Assembly (NCBI GenBank): GCA_963693365.1
Contig: CAVNZM010000009.1
Coordinates: forward strand, 5,524,245 to 5,588,244
Direction: 5' to 3'
Source: Amoebidium appalachense
Taxonomy: Eukaryota > Protista > Ichthyosporea
DNA: 64,000 bases
Shown: positions 57,105 through 64,000 of the stretch, in pieces
Numbering within the stretch: the first letter of the stretch is position 1
Layout of the letters: each line of letters opens with the position of its first letter
Notes under the pieces: model-generated
The model's database searches: none
Told to the model about the DNA's origin: nothing
Seen by the model: only the letters and a program-made list of their open reading frames with translations
Made by a program: the position numbers and the translations under genes

Positions 57105-59108
57105 CTGCAGGATTGTGGGCTGACGGCAGCCACACACAATACAAACGAATGTCGAGGGCAAGCGTGTAGGCAGCCACCTGGCGGCATACACGGTTCAGGC
57201 GTCGGGATGCTGAACGACCCTTAGCAACAGCCCCAAGCAGCGCCGTCGAATCAAGGCCCCAAAGGTAGCGGGAGCCCCGGGCAGCCGTAGACCGACCTAA
57301 TCGACGAAGCCCCAGGAGCAAGGCTTCTCCCTCCAGAATGTTGATGTGGTCGGAGTGGCGCCAACGATGACTGATGTTGGTGGTCCACCGGCCACCAACA
57401 GCTGCCAGGATAGGTGCCGGGGGGGCGGACGGGCTTGGGTCGTGCACAGGACCAGACAGCTGGCTGTAGTGGCCACGCCGGTTGCAGTGAGGCAGCACTT
57501 CGCGGAGAAGCGTTGCTGGAAGCACCCGGGACACCACTGCACCACCCAACAAGGAAGCATCAGTGCAGAACATGGTGCTAGCAAACCCAGAACGCAAATC
57601 ACAACGCATCAAAGGGGCCAAAGCACACATCGCCTGAAGCTCCCACACCACGGGCGGGGGAAGGGGCTGTTCCCGACCCCCCAGCTGCTCCACAAAACTG
57701 TAGACGGCACTCAGAACCGACAAAAGCGGCCGCTGCAGCAGTGCCGCCCACACCCAACCACCAAGCAACTGCTGCAAACGGAGCTGCGTGACGACACCAC
57801 GACGCAACACGGCCTGGGTTTCCGCCACCAGACGGCACAAGGATGCGCCAGACGGGCGCAATATCCCAGAGCGATGCATTTCCAGGCCTAGCAGCACCAT
57901 AGAGGACGAGGAACCAGCAGCCACATCCTTCTTGACATTGGAGGGAAGACCAGCCGGGCCGGTGACGCCATGATACGATTCACGCTGACGATTGATGGCG
58001 GTGGCATCTGTGCCGACCCAGCCACAGTCGTCCACATACAGGGCATGCTGCGTGGCCTCCACAGGCCGCGGCACTATCGCACAGAGGCGCTCAATGCGGG
58101 GCATGCCGGCTCGGTCAGCCAACTGCCCATGGACGTCTTGAGCCACAAGCACAGAATGCACCCAGCCCATGGGCACGGTCTTGAGGGCCGGGTACACAAG
58201 CCGGTCGGGCCCAGAAATGCCAACAGCCTCCGAAGACACAGGCGGCAATCCGAAGTACCGCCACAGCCATTCGGGGGCAAGAAGACGATGGAACTGGTTG
58301 TCCATGTCCGACTTGCCAAAATAGAGGCAATCCTCAGGCCCCAGCAACAGATCGGCAAAATCGGCAGGGTTGGGCAGGTGCACCTGGAGGGCAGGATGAT
58401 CACGGGCAAAGAACAGGTTGCCACGGCGGCTGTCAAAAATGACGCGGGCTCTGGTGTCTTTGGGGACCCCAAACAGCCCATTGATGGCCAGTGGTTTTTC
58501 CTTCGCCTCGAAATAGTGCACCATGCCGCAGTCTTGAAGCCGAAGAAGCAGGGGACCGTATTCCCCACTGGGTACGTGATGCGCCGGTCGGATGCGGCGC
58601 AGCTCTGCAGGCGTCGGCGGAACAGGCTTGAGAAGGCCGCCGTCGCAGTTGGCCAAAAACGGCTGCAGCGTAGGAGACAAAAACTGCAACACGTCCACTG
58701 TGGCTCCAACCCCAGGGGGTGGCAAAGCGGCATTTGCCGCCGTGAGAGGTAGCCATCCTGTCAATACAGGGTAGGCCGCGGGGAACGCAGCCAAGACACT
58801 ACTCGCAGGCTGAGCGTCGTAGACACCCGCGCGTATAGCATCGTAGCTGGCCCTAAGGACAAAGGTCCACAGGGCATGGTGGTGACTGTTCACCAACCGG
58901 GTCGGGAATGGGCAAGGGCCGCCTGCCCACAGCTCGTTGAGGGCACCAAGACAACGGTTAGCCAAGGTAACCCCCTTCAGGCGGTGAGACAGACGTTGCC
59001 GACGGCGTTGACTCCGTAGACGGGCTTGTAAAAAACAGGAAACAAATCAGAGGCGGCAAAGACATGACGTGGCATAGCTGTGGAATCCTTAGAAAAATTA
59101 GGGGGCAT
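57079..59108 (-). pseudogene. RT/RNase H; catalytic part open (57079-58965) but a ~25-bp deletion near the 5' end shifts the frame
   Basis: Comparison with 16996-19050; lesion at ~59028. Confidence 0.88.
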
Positions 59109-59185
59109 ATTTAATCAAGGGCACGTGGCAGGAAGCCACAAGAAAATAATATACAGAACCGCGTGCCGAACCCCCAAAGGGCCGT

Positions 59186-60241
59186 TTAGGCCCTGTGGCC
59201 ACCGGTCCCCGGAGGGGTCGATGGACCGGCTCCGGATGGGCCACTGCCGGGACCGCGCCGAGCCCGGGTGACTTCGGCGAGGGTCTTGGCTTGACGAACA
59301 GCCCGGGTGGCCAAGGCAGGGGGCAGGGGCAGGCTGCGCGCAGGGAGCTCCTCAAACTGCTCTGCAACAGCCCAGTCCCCGTTGGACTGATCAGCAGTCT
59401 GCACAGCCAGCAGACGGCGCACACCAACTTCCACAGCAGGTGACTCCTTGCGGGCCTTAGGGTCGGCGGCCAGCAGCAGATCCAGCATACGGGCAAGCGT
59501 CAGAGCCTCCCGTTTGTTGCGGTAGCTGACCCAATCCGCCGCGTGGACAGCCGCAGTGACCGAGGCCTGGTCAGCCAAGGTGCTCTTGAGGTAGGAAGGG
59601 GCCAGACGTTCTTTGACGCGCAGGTTGACTTTGGCACCGCTGGAGAGCAGATAACGGCTGGGGGTGGGTTTGGAACGGCCAGAGGAACGACGGCGGCGAG
59701 AGGAACAACCATAGCCACTGCTGCTGGAATCAGAATCCTCACTCGACGATGGGGTGTCTTCACTGCCGGTGTCGTACGCATAGACAGGCTCCTTGCCCTT
59801 TGCCCGCGCAGACAGCGTGCTCAGCAGGCCGCCGGCAGAGGGCTTCTTGGGGCGACCAGACTGGGCAACAGAGAGGGCTTGCACTTGGGCAGAAAGCGCC
59901 TGCAGCTGCTCTTGGACGTCTACACCGTCAGAACGCCGCTGGGGAGAGGGCTACCCAGGTGGGGGGGAGGCACGGCCGCTGCGAGGAGTGCGACAGAGCA
60001 AGTGCAGCTGGTCGGTGACTTTCCAACCGACCATCTCAGGGTCATCAAAAGCCACCGAGCGCGCCTTGAGGGCTGAAACCACACTGTTGACGGTTTCTGC
60101 CGGCAGGCTGTTCCAGGGGAGGGCGTTGGACTGCAAAACGGCCAGACTTTTGAGACTTGCGTCGTCCGCATCGGTAGAGATCTCCAAAAGCTTTTCGAGG
60201 AGAGCGGCCCCCTTGGCGACCAGAGCAGGAGGAGGGGCCAT
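59186..60241 (-). pseudogene. ORF1 gag-like with a premature TAG
   Basis: TCG>TAG at 59951 relative to the intact copy. Confidence 0.85.
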
Positions 60242-60832
60242 TGCAATGCTTACAAACCAGACTAGAGCACAAAAACTTGAAAACGAAGACTGGAAAATGC
60301 AAAAACGCGGGAAAACCGACACCGCAAAAAACGTCCGAAAACCAGCTAAAACGCAACGGCGCGCACGCAAAACTCTTACCAGATGCTGCCGAAGCTAAGC
60401 GCGCGCTCCTGGGCAAAAAAAACTAGAGAAAAAACGAACAACAGCGCGAAAAACGGGGACTAGAGTTGCAAAAACTTAGCTAAACAATTGGGCCTAAAGA
60501 GACCTAAACGCGCTCAGTAGCGCCGCAACTCAATTTTCACAAGTGGCTAAAACCCCTAGATCATAAAGACCAAATCGATTGCCGCCCATTTCGGACTAGA
60601 TATAACTCAAACTCATCAATATATCCATATGGCATATCCCACAGAACATAAAAACAGCTACAGCTCCCTAAATAAAAATGCTAGCAGCCTGAAACTTTGC
60701 ACACACATCAAACACACCATGGCCTACAGCATTATACTACCACGAAGTTTACAGCACACTCGCAACACACAATTTCACTCCAACGGGGCTATCTAATTCT
60801 CCTGCAAAGAAAACACGTTTACAAACTTAATA

Positions 60833-62193
60833 TTTCATTTTCAGCCGATGAAATGCCTTATCGTCGTGCGCGCTTTGAACGGATAGCGAAACGGATCGGC
60901 GGCCCGAATCGGTGGATCGCCAGTTTCGGTACTAGGTAATCGGCTGCGATCGTGACTGTAATCGGGCGAAGATCGGCAACGATCGGGATCGGGATCGGGA
61001 TCGACGCCCCGGCCACACAAAGTCGCGCCTGTACTCATGTGGGGGTGCTCCGCTCGAGCGAGTCTCTCCATCACCTTCCGAGTATGTTCTTCCGGCGGCT
61101 CTGGTTGGTTGGTTAAATCGATAAATTCGCGACCGAGAATTTTCGAGAGCCTCTCACGCATCTGCGGTTCGCATGTGAACGGATCGATCTCTGCAGACAC
61201 ATGGGGTTCTGGGAACTTCTCCAAGAAACGTATTGACGCGGCGGCACTCTCCTCCGAGATCTCCGGTTGGGAATTTTCGGTTATGTCGATCGGGGTGTTG
61301 TCGTTACGTTCCAACTGCCGTTGAACCATTCTGACTGTGATGTGATTGGCACCGCGTCGGATTACTCTATCGATCGCCTCTTCAACCAGGATCAGGTGCC
61401 ATTCAGTCAATCGCCTGCGGTTTTTCCCGTTGTACGGTTTGCGATTGGGGACCACGCCATGGTTCTCCCTGGCCTGGATGAACCACCCTCTCAACGTTGA
61501 TGGGGCGACATTATGAATTTCCCCGACCGTCTTGCACGCGACCGAGAGCTCCATATTGGTTGTGTCCATAAGGTGCGCCACATCTCGGCAAAGAACATTT
61601 TTCGTATCTTGGGAATGTTGCTTCTTGCGTTTGGGCTCAGGGGGATTCTTATCGGTTTTGCTTTTCCGTTTCGTGCCTGTTGCGGCGCGCTCCCCCGCAG
61701 ACATGACCAATACAGTGGAGACGTGTGGCCCAGGTGCAGTCTTCAGGTTACGGTAGTGCAATTCGCCCTTGGCCGCCAAATTGAGCAGTCCGTCCGCGGC
61801 GATTACCTCGTAATCGTTTGGGCTGATTGGGTATGAGTGTGGCTGTTGTGTATAAATTGGTTGGAGTGCTGCGCGAAGTGTTTTTTCCGCTTCTGTTTGC
61901 ATAACAGTGTTGCTGCATTGGCCATTTTTGTACGTGTTTACTACTTGAGGGTGGGGTACATGTGTGTGTGGTGGGGTATTTTCCTTGTCATTGCATGGAT
62001 CTTGATTGAAACTACGGATGGGTACAATCGATTGCATGCGCTCGACCTGAATCATATAGCCAACAGGATTGCGCGGAAGGATTTGTTTCCTTTCGCGTGG
62101 CTGGTGGTGGTAAAATGGGTTTGGGCCATCGCCGGGACCAGGTACCCATTTCTGGCCCGACCGCGAGAGATCGTGTAACTCCTTGGGTAACAT
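60833..62193 (-). CDS. N-terminal (HTH DNA-binding) part of the DD99E transposase
   Basis: GCCACCATG start; HTH-like 'SVACKTVGEIHNVAPSTLRGW' and 'ITVRMVQRQL'. Removing the YR element gives AFHRLKMKYGVLPGEVPD continuing into the DDE ORF; one 1-nt frameshift at ~60858. Confidence 0.75.
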
Positions 62194-62821
62194 GGTGGCA
62201 GAACGTGAAAACAGAGCGCGGCAGAAAGGTATGAGAGGTGAATGTGATGTTACCACAAGCCCGACAGTGTAGAAATGAAGACGTTGTGAATAAGGAACGG
62301 CCATAAACGTAGAGGAATCGATATATTTTTATTTTATAGGATTAAATTCATCCAATCAGCGAAGTGGCGTCGGCAAACCATCCATTACGTCACCTTAATT
62401 GATTTTGCCAATGTTTTCTGGGGCAGTTGGTGCTGCTTCTTCGTTTCTTTTCACTTGTACATGTTGAGTTTAACTTTTCCTCGTTCGCATTTTTCTCAAT
62501 ATTTTCCAACCTCTATGCTTTACTTCCTTTGAAACATTGATGGTGTTTTAGTATAGCGATAGTTAAAACTGGATTTTTAAGTGTCTGTCCACTCGGTTCC
62601 GACACATTTTCAACCTCACACTCGCTTGCGGACACGCGCTAAGAAACTTACACATATCAATAACACACCTTACCAGCACCCACCCACACATACCCACACA
62701 CGCCTAACCATAGACCCACTTGTGCCCAACAACAACTTTTCACTCATACTGCACCATAATGTGGAGGAAGCAGCTTCTAGCAATGTGGGATTGTGTGTAC
62801 ATGCGAATACGAATACATAAG

Positions 62822-62827
62822 CACACG

Positions 62828-62871
<44 letters not shown>

Positions 62872-62920
62872 TAGACAGACACACACACACACACGCATAC
62901 ACACACCCACATACACACAC

Positions 62921-62989
<69 letters not shown>

Positions 62990-62997
62990 AACACACA
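62822..62997. repeat. (CA)n microsatellite, target of the solo family B unit
   Basis: The CA tract resumes at 63590. Confidence 0.9.
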
Positions 62998-63589
62998 TTC
63001 TTATCCCAACGTCGCCTTTACCAGCCCCAGCACGGGGATACTTGAGGTGGTGCCTGCTGACTCATACGATCTCAGGCACATGTGTGTTCCACAGGAGCGA
63101 CTAGACAAAGGTCCTAAGAAAAATCCAAAGCTTGATGAGGCCAAGGGTTCAAAGCCTAATGAGGCAAGGGTGGGTGGGTGGGCAAAAACGTGACACAGGC
63201 AAGGGCCTAAACAGGCCTACCTGCACTGCTGAACCAAAACGGGCAGCCTAAGGAGGCCTGACGTACACTATACTAATGAGCACAGCGACTGAGACGCACA
63301 CAGCAGCCAAAAAGCTCTAAACCAAAGCTTCAAGCTGCACGCAAAACTATTGCGGGCTGGGTCACCTCATTATTCTCATACAATCAAAATGTCCACATAT
63401 GCAGGAACACATTCCTCGACATACTTACACCAATAAACACCTAAACTGCAAATCATATAGACTAGCATACGTACGTCATCAAGTTCTCACTACCGCTATC
63501 ACCTCCATATCTTGCACACAGAGTCCTGTTACTCTGTCTCCGGTGCTGTCCGATGCTCCTGCAAAGAAAAACCGTTTACAAACTAATCA
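62998..63589 (-). mobile_element. YR family B solo A-spacer-B unit (592 bp, no ORFs)
   Basis: Both exact termini (TTCTTATCCCAACGTCG... and ...CGTTTACAAACTAATCA), matching 10790-10975; embedded in a CA tract. Confidence 0.85.
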
Positions 63590-63886
63590 TACACACACAA
63601 ACACACACACACCTACCTAACTACCCCATACAGACACAAACGAAGGCAACCAAGACACGTTCTGGCCATGTGAGGGTGCACTTGAGACTAACCACTAATG
63701 CCCATGCCCCCTTACACCCTCCCCCCAGCCCCCCCCCCCCCCCCCCCCTTCCCCTCCAACCCCTTTCCCCCTTCTCCCAACCTAACATACTAGTATCTTC
63801 TGCGTCTCCCTCAAAGTATACCCAGACATACACTTAACAGCAAAAGCAAACTTTGATCAGATGATCAACCGGGTATCTCTGCCACT

Positions 63887-63940
63887 CCACAATTTCACTG
63901 CAACAGGGCTATCTAATTAGACTTTGCAAAAACAGTTTAT
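63887..63940 (-). mobile_element. Degenerate remnant of a YR A-repeat terminus
   Basis: CACAATTTCACTGCAACAGGGCTATCTAATT closely matches family A CACAATTTCACTCCAACGGGGCTATCTAATT. Confidence 0.6.
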
Positions 63941-64000
63941 CTACGTAGTGAAAGCCAACTTATCTCAGCGTGCCACGGTCAACGGTTCTTGTCCCACTTC

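Larger units (their letters stand above)
55382..60832 (-). mobile_element. YR family A near full-length copy inserted in the DD99E transposase gene
   Basis: B2-spacer-A2-B1, YR, RT/RH, ORF1 and A1 (internal deletion at ~60530). Confidence 0.95.

Overview
Eukaryotic, repeat-saturated region with (TG)/(CA) microsatellites, long G/C homopolymers and spliceosomal-type splice signals. It is essentially a nest of transposable elements, and most six-frame ORFs are shadow or low-complexity frames. The dominant component is a young tyrosine-recombinase (YR, DIRS-order) retrotransposon family, here 'family A' (~5.4-5.5 kb), with Ngaro/PAT-type split direct repeats: A1 - ORF1 - RT/RNaseH - YR - B1 - A2 - spacer - B2. 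It occurs as 3 near full-length copies, 1 5'-truncated copy and 2 inverted double-3'-end composites. A diverged sister 'family B' is present as remnants and as a clean solo A-spacer-B unit. Other elements: a full-length chromodomain Ty3/Gypsy element (612-bp LTRs, CCTCC TSD) whose gag is split by a YR copy; a decayed related Gypsy pol and a gag fragment; a large IS630-Tc1-mariner DD99E (Sailor-like) transposase split by another YR copy; an internally deleted pogo/Fot1-like transposase; a piggyBac-like fragment; a Harbinger-type MITE; a G-rich minisatellite; and two probable host exons. The most notable signal is the B|A junction of both YR families, a symmetric att-like site (ACGTT-N10-NNN-N10-AACGT). 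Reconstructed empty sites show base-precise integration with no target duplication and only partial homology to the 3-nt core. All family assignments come from motif recognition by eye; no searches were run.
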